A program made the translations under genes and the position numbers. Below the pieces are notes generated by a model, which saw only the letters and a list, made by a program, of their open reading frames with translations, made no database searches and was not told the origin of the DNA. DNA of 49,831 nucleotides from Octopus bimaculoides (Eukaryota), in assembly GCF_001194135.2 (NCBI RefSeq), contig NC_068990.1:85054246-85104076 (forward strand), in the 5' to 3' direction. Each line of letters starts with the position of its first letter. The first letter of the stretch is position 1. Shown in pieces: positions 1 to 12,666 of the stretch.

Positions 1-2
1 TT

Positions 3-54
<52 letters not shown>

Positions 55-58
55 TCAT

Positions 59-116
<58 letters not shown>
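1..116. repeat. (TTTC)n microsatellite
   Basis: Near-perfect tetranucleotide array at the window start. Confidence 0.98.
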
Positions 117-117
<1 letters not shown>

Positions 118-733
118 CCCCCACCCTCTCTCTCTCTTACTACATTTGGTTCTTTCTTTTACCCGTAATTCTTTCCTCCTTCTGTCTATGTCTCTTTCTG
201 TCTTTCATTTCTTTAATTTAATTTAATTATTTCTTTTTTGTTAATAATAACTACAGACACATATTTATAGGACAAGGTTATCGCCTACAGAAGAAACCTC
301 GTCACTCCATTATATTATCATAATTATTACGACGACTACTTACCCTGTGACTCAGCAGAGAGGATAAGAGAAAGCAATTCCACCTTTACAGATTTAAGAC
401 AAAATGCTGTAAGGTATTTTAAGTCTGGCGATGAAACGCTTTTGTTAACTCGCTGCCCTCCTTTTTTAAACGGTGATGACAATTAATAGTATTGTCACAA
501 GGCCATATATTCTAAGGAGACGGTATAGATGGTCCAGTATGTTTAAAACGTTAAGACGTTCGGTTCGCATTCAGGAGATCTCAGGATCGATCCAACTGCG
601 TATCTTTGGCAAGTGTTTTTACTATAATCGTGGGTTGAACCAAGCCTTACGAGTGTAATTAGGTAGTAGGTAGGTGAAGCTGTGTTGAAGTCTGTCAGTT
701 GGACCGTACCAGTAATTCAATGGCACAGCTTTC

Positions 734-772
<39 letters not shown>

Positions 773-1550
773 AGTAAAAATAAATACAAAAAAGGTGGGG
801 TTTTTTGTATGATTGTGTATAGAGGAATATATTATTTTGCTTAAAAGAGTTCCAACACTGTCTGTTTTTTATGTTTTATTTATATTCCTGCAGAACTAAT
901 GTGGGGTATAGAACATGGAATATACAATATATAATATGATATACAATATACAATATAAAATAAAATAAAATAAAAATGGATGGCACCATGAAAGAAAGTA
1001 TTGAATGTAGATGAAATATTGAGTGTTCAATATAAAGGATCANNNNNNNNNNNNNNNNNNNNNNNNNNNNNNNNNNNNNNNNNNNNNNNNNNNNNNNNNN
1101 NNNNNNNNNNNNNNNNNNNNNNNNNNNNNNNNNNNNNNNNNNNNNNNNNNNNNNNNNNNNNNNNNNNNNNNNNNNNNNNNNNNNNNNNNNNNNNNNNNNN
1201 NNNNNNNNNNNNNNNNNNNNNNNNNNNNNNNNNNNNNNNNNNNNNNNNNNNNNNNNNNNNNNNNNNNNNNNNNNNNNNNNNNNNNNNNNNNNNNNNNNNN
1301 NNNNNNNNNNNNNNNNNNNNNNNNNNNNNNNNNNNNNNNNNNNNNNNNNNNNNNNNNNNNNNNNNNTATATATATATATATATATATATATGAAAATGTG
1401 TATGTATATCCGATATATTTTTGAAGTGTCTGAAACAAACCAACCTACATTGCAATTTACATAAATATATGCTTTTGTCCTTTTTCTGTGAGCTTCGGAG
1501 TATTTGTGCTGTTGTGTGTTTGGGCGCAATTGTGTGCATCTGTGTATATT

Positions 1551-1612
1551 CACATACACATACATACATACATACATACATACATACATACATACATACA
1601 TACACACATATA
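1551..1612. repeat. (CATA)n microsatellite
   Basis: Tandem catacata array. Confidence 0.9.
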
Positions 1613-4075
1613 TACAGTTCAAAACATAGAATGTGTACATACTGTTCAGTCAAAGTTATAATACAACATTCATCCAATGCATACAAGTGTGCACAATACA
1701 TACATATGTACGTACAAACGAATACATGTACAGTCTCACACACACGCACACACACACATACACACACATATAACACACTCACACATTCATATGTGCACAC
1801 ATACATACTCCCACAGAGTTCTATAAATTTGGTGACATAGCATATTCGTCATTCCTATGAAACCTGAATAAAGTATTGTTCCTATAAGATGTGCCAGATT
1901 TGATATAACAGACAGATGACAGCAAAAGGTTAACTTAGTTTCAAAAATATATTTATTTACTCAGTTTTGTGTACATTGTATTCATGTTGTGTTCTGTCTG
2001 ACAAAACGTATTTTCTGAACAACAACGTCATTTGTCATGTTTCTAACTGGTCAATTATGGCTTGACTACGTTTACCATGGCGAATGTGACCGGGAGTAAC
2101 GAGGAATTATTGTTATACCACGACGTATATCCCTCCATCTATCCATCTATTCATGTATACACACACGTATATCAATATACAAACACACATACACATATAT
2201 ACACATATATACATACGCACACATACAAACACAGATATATAAAATATGGCGATCATTGGTTACATAATGCAAATTACATAATCAACTCATACTGTCAAAC
2301 CGTCAGATGTATATNNNNNNNNNNNNNNNNNNNNNNNNNNNNNNNNNNNNNNNNNNNNNNNNNNNNNNNNNNNNNNNNNNNNNNNNNNNNNNNNNNNNNN
2401 NNNNNNNNNNNNNNNNNNNNNNNNNNNNNNNNNNNNNNNNNNNNNNNNNNNNNNNNNNNNNNNNNNNNNNNNNNNNNNNNNNNNNNNNNNNNNNNNNNNN
2501 NNNNNNNNNNNNNNNNNNNNNNNNNNNNNNNNNNNNNNNNNNNNNNNNNNNNNNNNNNNNNNNNNNNNNNNNNNNNNNNNNNNNNNNNNNNNNNNNNNNN
2601 NNNNNNNNNNNNNNNNNNNNNNNNNNNNNNNNNNNNNNNNNNNNNNNNNNNNNNNNNNNNNNNNNNNNNNNNNNNNNNNNNNNNNNNNNNNNNNNNNNNN
2701 NNNNNNNNNNNNNNNNNNNNNNNNNNNNNNNNNNNNNNAAAGAGAGGCTAACTATTATACGTAATATTATTGGGTTGAAAAGGTGATAGCATTCATTTTC
2801 GTGGAGATGACTCTCAGCAGTCAGGCTGCAGTTGAATTATTTTGAGTATGAATTCCTTTATGTGCCTGCATATGGACAAGAACTCGGCGTTTTTATTTAA
2901 AATATTTGGTGGCATGATTTGCTATACTTTTCTGCGAAATATGAATGCACCTGAATAAAAAATATTTAATTTCAACTTTTCTCTAGCTTATAAAAATGTT
3001 AATTCTACCATGCTTTGGTTTACAGTTGTTTTGAGGCACGGGGGTAAAGTCTCTGGATCTAAAAGATTGCGTGTTATTTGTGTGTGTCTAATTTTAAATG
3101 TATTTCCATTTAATATGTACAGTTTCTCTCGTATGCATTGTATGCTTCTGCAGCTATTGACTTTGTTCTGTACATAAGCACCTTTGTGTGACGTTTATCA
3201 TCAAGTGGACAGGACGTGGTTTCGGTATAATCGCATTCCTGTGGCTGGATGGGTTGTTTCTTACTGTATATGTTTGGTTTCAGTTGGATGTTTGGAGATT
3301 TTAGATAAGATACAACCTAAGCAAATGTAACCTATCTAAACATTGTTCTGATATTCACGAGTTACGAGGGAAATACTTTCTTATGAGTGACAGGAAATTA
3401 CCAGCTGTGTTGGATAATACGCTCATACTATAGGGGCCAACATAAACCTGATGATGCTTCATTTCCTAGCTCTACTATTTTCATAAAACAAAAAAAAAAA
3501 AAACATCATGGACGTTGCTTGTTCTCCCTCTCACTAACTTATCAAAATCATACACATCTTTATCTGTTTCTAATAGTTTATTTTTGCTAAAGAATATTTA
3601 TCACGAAGACTGCTTCTTCTGTCATGTTTCTTTCAACACCTCTCATAATAATTTGTTACGTACAGCAATGATACATTCCTTTCATGTCTGATTTCTCACA
3701 GTTTATACTGGGTCGTCCCTAAGATGTTGTTTATCGTTCTGTTATGATTGTTTTCACAGTAGCTTATGGTTAGAATCATAAACAACATCGTCATCTTTAT
3801 CAGCAACAATATCAACAGTCACGGTACAGAACAGAAATATTAAATGTATGCACGTTCTTAGACAGTCTGCTCATTTTGAATAGATCTCTTACGCGTTGAT
3901 AACATTCTTTGCATAAAGATATATTGTTTTGTGCTTTCTTTCGCGAAGGAATGTTCAATGGTATTACCTTCACAAATTCCAAGTTATGTCTATTTACGAC
4001 CCTTTATAAGATTGTAAATTTTTGCTCTTTGTATCAACAACTACTCTTTATGGACAAGAAAAGAACAACTAAGCA

Positions 4076-4140
4076 GTTGTTCGACCTGATACAAATAGTA
4101 GTGAATTCCTCCTCGAATCACATTCTTCAATCTTACCAAA
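4076..4140 (+). mobile_element. Fragment of the (AAC)n-tailed interspersed repeat family (core gacctgctagaaatagcagccaaatctccc)
   Basis: tcgacctgatacaaatagtagtgaattcctcctcgaatcac aligns by eye to the copies at 25566-25809 and 32320-32492. Confidence 0.5.
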
Positions 4141-4981
4141 GTCTCAATGCGGTCTCTTGAGAGGCTGCTAAAACAATCGAATCTCTCTCAAATTACGTCC
4201 ACCTAAAAAAAGAAAAGAAGAAAAAAACTACTCTAGGATAGGAGTATAAAAACTACTTCTCTTTACCAAGCTATGCTGAACCAGTGTAGCAGAGTAAGCT
4301 CATCTCAAGCTCAAATTCACGGCCTCCATACCAGACCGTGGTTCGTGAAGAGAAAATGCTCAGGTCTTCGTCTTGAAATGGACTGAACCTGGGCAATCCA
4401 ATCCAATCCATACCGTTTCAAAGCATGCTTTTCTTCCATTTGGCAGGGTTTTCCTTAGGAAACTTTCCGTTCGCCTTATTCATGGATAACCAGTGGCACT
4501 AGCCAAGAGGTGAAAGAAGAAGATGTGAACCCAATGTTTGCAACAGACAACTCTACTAAAGATACTCAATTGTTAGGTGGACGAGTTAAAATAGTCGGGA
4601 CGTCATATACAGACATGCACACACGTACAAACAAACAAACATACATACATACACATAAGTCTATGTGGTGTTAATTTCGTCTACACGGTATTTTTACATC
4701 AGTCATATTAGCGTTTGGAATCTGCAATCCATTATGCGTTTCTCTTTCCATTATCTCTCAGTCTCTTTTCATTCTTCTCCTCGTACGTCTCATTCTCTCA
4801 TCCGTTACATCTCTTTTATCTGTTCCTCTTCTCCTTTTTTTCTTTCTCCTCCGTTTCGTCTGTCATTTCTTCATGTTTTTCTCTTTTAATTCTACCACCC
4901 CACCTTGAAATTGCTTCTCTCATCTTCGTTACTTTCTCTGTTACATCTTTGTGTTGTTTGTGTGTTGTTGGTGTTGCTTAG

Positions 4982-5044
4982 TCCCAGGTTAGCCCTGATC
5001 AAGCAGGCTTATGATCTCAAGCGCTTCAGCTGAGCCGTCTCATC
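4982..5044 (-). mobile_element. 3' fragment of the (AAC)n-tailed repeat family
   Basis: cccaggttagccctgatcaagcaggcttatgatc is the reverse complement of the family 3' end seen at 26123-26200 and 29580-29645. Confidence 0.5.
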
Positions 5045-5336
5045 ATTTAGTATATAACGATGCTAGAGTCCAAAGGATCCTTGATTTTTTTAAAAGAATA
5101 GGGACGTGACTGAGGAAAATTTGCTTACGAGTTTTAGCAGGTCGAGCGATTCCATAAAAGTTCTATTGCTGGCACTTTTAGTATGCGTACCTTGTATTTG
5201 AAAGTGTATGAGTAGGTGTGTGGATATATATGTATAAAGTGTTTGGTTCGAGAGCGTTTGTATGTCTTTGGTGAGTAAGGTGTGTAAATAACTATGTGTT
5301 AGTGAATAAAATGTGTGAGCATGTGAATGAAAGAAT

Positions 5337-5338
<2 letters not shown>

Positions 5339-5429
<91 letters not shown>
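5339..5429. repeat. (GT)n microsatellite, ~45 units
   Basis: Perfect GT run. Confidence 0.98.
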
Positions 5430-5433
<4 letters not shown>

Positions 5434-6049
5434 CGCAAGTGTGTGAAAGCATACTTGAGTGAGTGAGCAAATAAGTGTGAAAGTAAGTGTGTGAGTCAAT
5501 CAGTGAGTGAGAGAATGTCTGAGTGTGGATGTAGGTGAGTGAAGTGGCAAATGGAGAAGTGTGCCTGGTTGGCTATGGGCTGTAAAATAATCTTACGAAA
5601 TTAGTTGAACCGTTTATAATTAGATAAAAAGATCTATTAAAGGCTATTTGTGCAAATAGGTGCAAGAAATTAGGTTTATTCAGCCGTGATGCCTATTATT
5701 TAGCATCGGTAGTTTTAAAATGTGAAATCAGTCACGCGTGACCAGTCTTCTTACCTTCCTGAAGGAGAGTCCATTCGAAACAGCTTCCAGCAACAACAAT
5801 TATAACAAGAACAACAATTATAACAAGAACAACAACACGAAAGAAAAACAACAGAAGGGATATGAAACAAACAGGAAAAAGAACGTACACACCCTGCAAA
5901 ACCTTCACAACAAAAACAACAGCAAGAACAATAACAACCAGCTAACAGCCAGCCTCAAAATCTAACTAAAATCACACCTCACTTTCTTAAGCTTTCAAAG
6001 TTACATAAAATCGTGTAATTATAGACGTACTATTCCCGAAACAAAAAAT

Positions 6050-6115
6050 AAATATTAAATATTGTGGCTAAAAATATTAAATATTGTGGCTAAAAATATT
6101 AAATATTGTAGCTAA
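6050..6115. repeat. 22-bp minisatellite x3 (aaatattaaatattgtggctaa)
   Basis: Units at 6050-6071, 6072-6093 and 6094-6115, with one substitution in the third. Confidence 0.95.
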
Positions 6116-6416
6116 AACAGATGCTTCTGGTATGGTTCAAATTTCTGATTCAAACCCTGTTGTAGATTAAACGTTGCCAACCTAGACCATAAACAATTTT
6201 CATGGGTTCCGGACTTTAAGCCGATACCTTTCACTTGCAATAACATTTTCCTTCAATCTTTTCATAATAGTGGAAGCAATGAACGAAATCCGATGCACTT
6301 GCCTCTCTTACAAAAATTATGTCAGTGTCCACCTGTTAATTTTTTTGATGTGTATATTGCTTGTGCTTTAATTTTGGCATTGTATTAATATATAAGTATG
6401 GCTTCCATAATTAATT

Positions 6417-6674
6417 ATTTACATTATTTACATTCGACGGATATTTGTCCTCATCTTGTTTGTTGTTAACACAACGTTTCGGCTGATATACTCTCAGTTG
6501 TCTTGGGGAAATTTCGAACCTGGGTTCTCATTCCTAAGGAATTCATATCCACGGGCATATGGCGTAGTGGTTAAGAGCATGGGCTACTAACCCCAATATT
6601 CCGAGTTCGATTCCAGGCAGTGACCTGAATGATAATAATAATAATATCGAAAAATACCTTAGGAATGAGAACCC
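6417..6674. mobile_element. Rearranged tRNA-derived SINE (family D): head on + strand, 3' body and tail on - strand
   Basis: + strand 6553-6620 has an A-box (tggcgtagtggt) and B-box (gagttcgattcc), then (AAT)n and ccttaggaatgagaaccc at 6657-6674. The exact reverse complement lies at 6522-6539 and continues on the - strand to a (tgtaaataa)n tail near 6417. Confidence 0.8.
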
Positions 6675-7227
6675 TTCTTTTGAAAAATTTTCCTTTATTC
6701 GAACCATATTTCTTTTTCTTATCATTTAGTCAGAAAAGGAGAACAACATACATAAATCCTTTCAGGGATCCCGTGACTGATGGTAGGAAGGGAGGAAGTT
6801 GTTCCTAATCCAAAGACCTGACCTGAATGCTTACAATATAGTGAAATCTGCTGAAGGGACCCAAAGGCCAAGTGACGATGTTAAATCGGGCGTCAGGTTA
6901 CATCGACTGCATAAAGATACACAGATACCACAAAACACTCAGTCTTTTATGTGTATATATGACAATCGTGTTTATTGACTATCCTGACATCGCAAGATCT
7001 TTATTAAGCGTGAACGGTGAAGAACTGATCTTTTGTGTCAGGACACAACGGCACTAACAAACCGTAAATTACTTAACCTCTTTTTATTCTTTTTTAAATA
7101 ATGGTTGGAAATATCGGGAGAAAGGAGAAAATAAAAGTATAATTTCAATTGAAAGAAACATAAAGGATACCTTAGGCGAGACGAGACCTAAATAGATGTG
7201 AGACACATACATACACACACGTGTTGA

Positions 7228-7262
<35 letters not shown>

Positions 7263-7434
7263 CTGTGTGTACATGCGCATGCAAAAACACACACACACCT
7301 ACACACCAGCACTCATATTTACATATACACTTATATGAATGCAAAAATCGAAACACATAGACAAGCACTGATGCGCGCGCACACACACACACGCATATAT
7401 ATATATATAGGTATGTATGTGTGCATGCGTGTAC

Positions 7435-7484
<50 letters not shown>

Positions 7485-7488
7485 ATTG

Positions 7489-7611
7489 TTTTTACAAGAA
7501 AAAGGTTAACAGTTACTTCGAAGTTCCTGTTATGTAGCCTTTATTGAGCTGTCCGATGAAGGTTAAATAATTGAAGCTTCGAAGTAACAGGTAACTTTTC
7601 CTTTGTAAAAA
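7489..7611. repeat. ~120-bp fold-back (imperfect inverted repeat; MITE-like or hairpin)
   Basis: Arms 7489-7526 and 7573-7611 are reverse complements, with gttacttcgaag/cttcgaagtaac exact, around a ~46-nt spacer. Confidence 0.75.
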
Positions 7612-7661
7612 TAAACGATGTCATTTTCCCGGAAGTTATACAGTAATTCTTCAATTTGAAA

Positions 7662-7662
<1 letters not shown>

Positions 7663-7706
<44 letters not shown>

Positions 7707-7819
7707 GTCTGTCTGTCTGTCTACCTACTTACCTACCCCTCCACCCACCCAAAACCCACCCACCTACCTACCTACCTACCTACCTACCTACCTACCTACC
7801 TACCTACCTACCTACCTAC

Positions 7820-7881
<62 letters not shown>
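7663..7881. repeat. Compound (TATC)n/(TGTC)n/(CTAC)n microsatellite
   Basis: Directly visible tetranucleotide arrays. Confidence 0.95.
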
Positions 7882-7883
<2 letters not shown>

Positions 7884-8360
7884 ACACACATATACGCACA
7901 CACACATAGAGAGAAAGAATTAGAGCGAGAGAGAGAAGGAGGTAAGATAAGAAAGAAGAGCGGGAAAGATAAGGGAGAGTGAAAAGAAAGATGTAAAAAC
8001 GTGATATGTTACTTTCATAACGCAAAGGATGCATAGACGTTGTGCTGGGAGTGACAAAGAAACAAATAGCTAAAGGTAAAGGAAAAAGAACGCTGCATGT
8101 TAAGCAACTAAAAATGGCGGAAATAATTAAGTGTTAGGATGTGCGTGCGCGCGCGCATATGTGTGCTGCTATTTATTTAGAGAAATCAAGAAGAAAACTA
8201 CTAACAAACGTTTACCTGTTCATTGGTAAAAGAAATATGTGGAGCAGTTCAAAGTGGGGAGGACAGGTAATAGGGTGTTTAAGAAGATCTATGGGACAAT
8301 ATCCTGTCAAATAAACATCAGTTGAGGAGACAGTGAAATGGCTCCGTTCTACGCCATTGC

Positions 8361-8458
8361 TGCTGTTGTTGTTGTTGTTGTTGTTGAGCTTTAAGTCAAC
8401 TCTGATTGAACTGAAGTATAATCAAAAGTAATTCAGCCGTGACCATCCTGCCGTTTTT
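8361..8458 (-). mobile_element. 3' end of the (AAC)n-tailed repeat family with (GTT)n tail
   Basis: (GTT)n followed by aagtcaactctgattgaactgaagtataatcaaaagtaattcagccgtgaccatcc, a decayed reverse copy of the family 3' end. Confidence 0.5.
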
Positions 8459-8603
8459 GGTGGGGCACATCTACGATTACTTCATTCTTTAATTTATTTT
8501 AGTCATTGGACATACTCAACTAAGGGACATGCTCAACTGGTTAAGGTCAAACAATTGACAAGCAAATCTGTAGTATTGAGCAGAATATTCACTGTAGCCC
8601 ATT

Positions 8604-8729
8604 GGGTCGATAAATTAAGCACTAGTTGCGTACCAGGGTCGATCTAATCGGCTATACTCCTCCCACCAAATACCAGGCCTTGTGCCTATAGTAGAAAAGA
8701 TTATTATTATTATTATTATTATTATTATT
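8604..8729 (+). mobile_element. 5'-truncated SINE family A with (TTA)n tail
   Basis: gggtcgataaattaagcactagttgcgtac...ccttgtgcctatagtagaaaaga(tta)n matches the central and 3' parts of the family A copies. Confidence 0.8.
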
Positions 8730-8833
8730 GTTCAGTAGTTTTATTTTATAACGTGCTTTCACTTCACTATCGAGCGCAGCTCTGTGTGCCTTGGGTATGT
8801 GCTATGGTTTGCTGTGATGCTCTTATGGTTACT

Positions 8834-8835
<2 letters not shown>

Positions 8836-8897
<62 letters not shown>

Positions 8898-8920
8898 CAT
8901 TATTATTGTTATTATTATTA
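8836..8920. repeat. (TTA)n microsatellite
   Basis: Trinucleotide array; it produces the poly-L and poly-N ORFs in the track. Confidence 0.95.
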
Positions 8921-8921
8921 T

Positions 8922-9141
8922 GGCGGGGTGCTAGCAGAATCGTTTTGACGCCGGATAATATGCTTAGCTGCATTTCGACTCAGTCTTTACTTTCTGAGTT
9001 CAAAATTGTGCTGTGGTCGACTTTGCCTTCCATCCTTTCGAGATCGATAAAATAAGAACCAGCCAAGCTCTGGGAGCGATGTAATCGCCTTATCCCCTCT
9101 TCCAAAATGTCAAGCTTTGTGCCTTTAGTAGAAAGGATTAT
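8922..9141 (+). mobile_element. SINE family A, diverged full-length copy
   Basis: ggcggggtgctagcagaatcg...tctgagttcaaaatt...ttgtgcctttagtagaaaggattatt is colinear with 33771-34000 over the head and core. Confidence 0.85.
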
Positions 9142-10073
9142 TTGGATTATTATTAATATCATGTGCGACAGGAAAGATAGAAAGATAGTTAAATAGAAAT
9201 TAGTAGATAGGTAGATCGACGAGCATTTAAGAGGACTGGAAAAGACAAGGGGTGATGGGAGCACAGAAAAAGAACAAAGCAAAACAAATAAGAAAGAGGG
9301 TAAGGAAGAAGACATAGTGCTGTTGAGCATTTTATAATAGCGGAGAAAACTAAACACGTCACCTGTTGTAATGAAGGGATCGCAACGCATTTAATGACGT
9401 AAAAATAGTTTTATGTTATGTCTGACATGGTGTGGAATGAATGGTTAAGACATTTTTAGTTAAGAGGAATGGGGTCAACTGTGATTTCGTCGTAAATGGG
9501 ACACTGAGCCAATTCAGCGGCTTTCGTTCAATCGACAATGAGGGTATAATATATAATACGGAATTTAACAAAAGGCATATACATGATAGAATGCCTAAAT
9601 ACTAATGATTAATTTATTATCCACCCACTTATATATATATATATATATATATATNNNNNNNNNNNNNNNNNNNNNNNNNNNNNNNNNNNNNNNNNNNNNN
9701 NNNNNNNNNNNNNNNNNNNNNNNNNNNNNNNNNNNNNNNNNNNNNNNNNNNNNNNNNNNNNNNNNNNNNNNNNNNNNNNNNNNNNNNNNNNNNNNNNNNN
9801 NNNNNNNNNNNNNNNNNNNNNNNNNNNNNNNNNNNNNNNNNNNNNNNNNNNNNNNNNNNNNNNNNNNNNNNNNNNNNNNNNNNNNNNNNNNNNNNNNNNN
9901 NNNNNNNNNNNNNNNNNNNNNNNNNNNNNNNNNNNNNNNNNNNNNNNNNNNNNNNNNNNNNNNNNNNNNNNNNNNNNNNNNNNNNNNNNNNNNNNNNNNN
10001 NNNNNNNNNNNNNNNNNNNNNNNNNNNNNNNNNNNNNNNNNNNNNNNNNNNNNNNNNNNNNNNNNNNNNNNNN

Positions 10074-10114
<41 letters not shown>

Positions 10115-10888
10115 AAGATATATATTAGTTTGACTGACTGAATAAAAATCCATTATTTGCACTAAAACTTATATTAGATTAAAATAACCATCTGTGCATG
10201 ATTTTACACTGAAAGTATGAAAGTACATTGCTGTGTATTAAAGTACATTGCTATTTAGACAAATACAGGTATATCAAATACCATACAACATAGATTCTTG
10301 ATTTATCAATTATTTCCGCTTCTATAGGATATGTTGTATGGCATTTGATACAGCGTATTGATGGGATAAAAGGCGCAGGGACATATCGCATGCTCTCCAA
10401 TTTTAGCAGCGCATATGAAGACAGAGAGTTTTTATGACTAAAAGGCTTATGGGAAACCCAGCTTTGGATATAACATCCGGGGTAATTTTTGTGAAAAAAA
10501 AAAAAAAAGGAAGTGCGTTTATTTGTCATGAAATAGAGTACCTTTTTTTTTTTCATGTTATTCATTTACGCCATTGGCCACTCCGAGTTGTTTCTTTCAG
10601 CTCATATTTATTTAATTTATGCTTTGGCATTTAGTTCAACACTTCTCTGTTTTACTGTAAACAAAGTGCTCAAAGCATTATATAAATAGTACACACACAC
10701 ACACACACATATATACACATATAAAAGTGAGTTGGGAAGGATATATTATCCGGGAGCGGATACCATTTTGGCTCTCAATATATATATGTATATATTGTGT
10801 ATACACACACACACACATACACACGTGTACACACACGCACGCACGCACACGCACACAGACATTCACACACACATAATTTACATAATAC

Positions 10889-11810
10889 TCCAACGACCAC
10901 CACACGATCAGATCAAAGGTCGCTTTTGCCTTAAGGAAGCGCAGCATGAAGACAAAAGGCCGACTAAGCTAAAGACCATGAAACCCAGAGATCCAAAAAT
11001 GGAAGAGGAATTGCAGAAACAGATGAATAAAGCTTTGGAAGGATAGGAATATAAGGGAAATAAAGGACTTGAAGGAAAATGGAACATCTTGAAAATAGCT
11101 ACATATGAGACAGCTCAACGAATCCTGGGCAAACCGGTGAAAAAACATCAAGATTGGTTCAACGAGAACGGCTTACAACTACACACCCTGCTAGGGGAAA
11201 GGAACATTGCAAAGGCAAGGCAACTAAATTGCAGCACAAGGTTAAACAGAGGAAAACTGGGTTGAAAGAAGAAGGAAGCTGTAATAATATACCAGCAAAC
11301 TGAAATCGGATTGACGGAAGGCAACGCTGAAAAGCTAGAGCATCATGTTGATAAAAATGATTTGAAAACCTCAAGACTTCGAGAGGTATACGGGCCACAG
11401 AGAAAAGACAACAAAATTCATAGCTCCGGTGGCAAAACAGTACTCCAGGAAAAATCGGAGATACTTGATAGATTTGCCAATCACTTTGACAGTCTGCTTA
11501 ATCTTCCAAGCGCCATGGACTATACTGCCATCGAGAAGGTTATACCAACAACCGGCCATCAGATTTTTAGATAACGAACCTGTTTACAAGGAATTCGATG
11601 ACGCAATCAAACAAATGAAAGAAGGTAAAGCACCTGGAAGACCTGGCAAACCCACTAAAATCGGGACGCATAGAGGTATGAAGCTTATTGAAAGCCTGGA
11701 TAGCATTGTGGGAGACGGAAACGGTCCCATCAGACTGAAAACGGTTTCACCTGACTGAAAAGACACAGACATCGTCTGCCTCCCAATTATGCAAGGGGAA
11801 AAGAAACTAT
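10889..11810 (+). pseudogene. Decayed RTE-clade LINE ORF2 fragment (end of APE endonuclease, linker, start of RT)
   Basis: Frame-shifted translation gives SNDHHTIRSKVAF (endonuclease SDH motif), KKHQDWFNEN, EVYGP, EKSEILDRFANHFDSLLN, AIKQMKEGKAPG and LWETETVPSD*KD.DIV. This is the motif order of RTE/BovB-type ORF2. Multiple stops and frameshifts. Confidence 0.9.
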
Positions 11811-11989
11811 GAAAGACCTAAACTGAGATTCAAAGATACAGCAAAACAGGAATATGAAGCGGAAGGGAATTGATCATAATAAATGTGAAAAGAAAAAAAA
11901 AAGAAAAAAAGAACCGACCAGTATGGAGAAAGCTTACCAAGTCATGCCAAAGCTATGAATAGTCATAGTTGTGACAACTGACAGCCAGT

Positions 11990-12111
11990 TATGTATGTAT
12001 GTATACTTACATATACAAATACATATGCATATACATATGTATGCGTGTGTATATATATATGTGTGTATATATATATATATGTATATATATACACACCTAC
12101 ATAATACATAC

Positions 12112-12178
<67 letters not shown>

Positions 12179-12192
12179 CATACACACACACA
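11990..12192. repeat. Compound (AT)n/(CATA)n low-complexity tract
   Basis: Directly visible. Confidence 0.9.
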
Positions 12193-12465
12193 TGTTTAAG
12201 CACAAGACACTAGCACTAATTATATACATGCATATATGTATAAACACACGCAAAGTACACGCACACTGTTGATTCTAAAATAGTTTTTTTTTTGTCGGTA
12301 GTTCAGAAGAAACAACGACCACACCTATCATTGAATACAAGACGAAAAGTGATTAAAGGAGTGACTGAAGCTGCTTTCGGTCATCTCGTACAAACGTCTA
12401 AACGTGGCCTTCGTTATACTTCTAATAATATTGAAGAATGTGACGCCTACTATAACGACGACGAA

Positions 12466-12522
12466 GACTCTATGTGGTTGCCCGCCGACCATCTAGAAAT
12501 AACAACCAAATCCTCGACGAAT
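12466..12522 (+). mobile_element. Fragment of the (AAC)n-tailed repeat family
   Basis: gactctatgtggttgcccgccgaccatctagaaataacaaccaaatcc matches the family core. Confidence 0.55.
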
Positions 12523-12666
12523 GAGGATATAGAAAATGTAGTTCTTTATCTTAAAAGGAAGCCCCAAAAATATGAAGCTAGAGAAGCCAAATACAAAAAG
12601 ATAGATGCTGATCACCCTTGATATCGTAGCTTGCATCATTTGAGAAGGTTCCTTGCCGAAGCTTCT

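Noticed and set aside
4261-4570. GC-richer block that might be a LINE 5' UTR on the - strand
   Set aside because: No ORF, motif or second copy in the window supports it.
6553-6620. tRNA gene candidates (also 14914, 23743, 33771, 42440-42521)
   Set aside because: A/B boxes are present, but there is no complete cloverleaf or acceptor stem. Each continues into a repeated body with a tail and often a TSD, so these are SINE heads.
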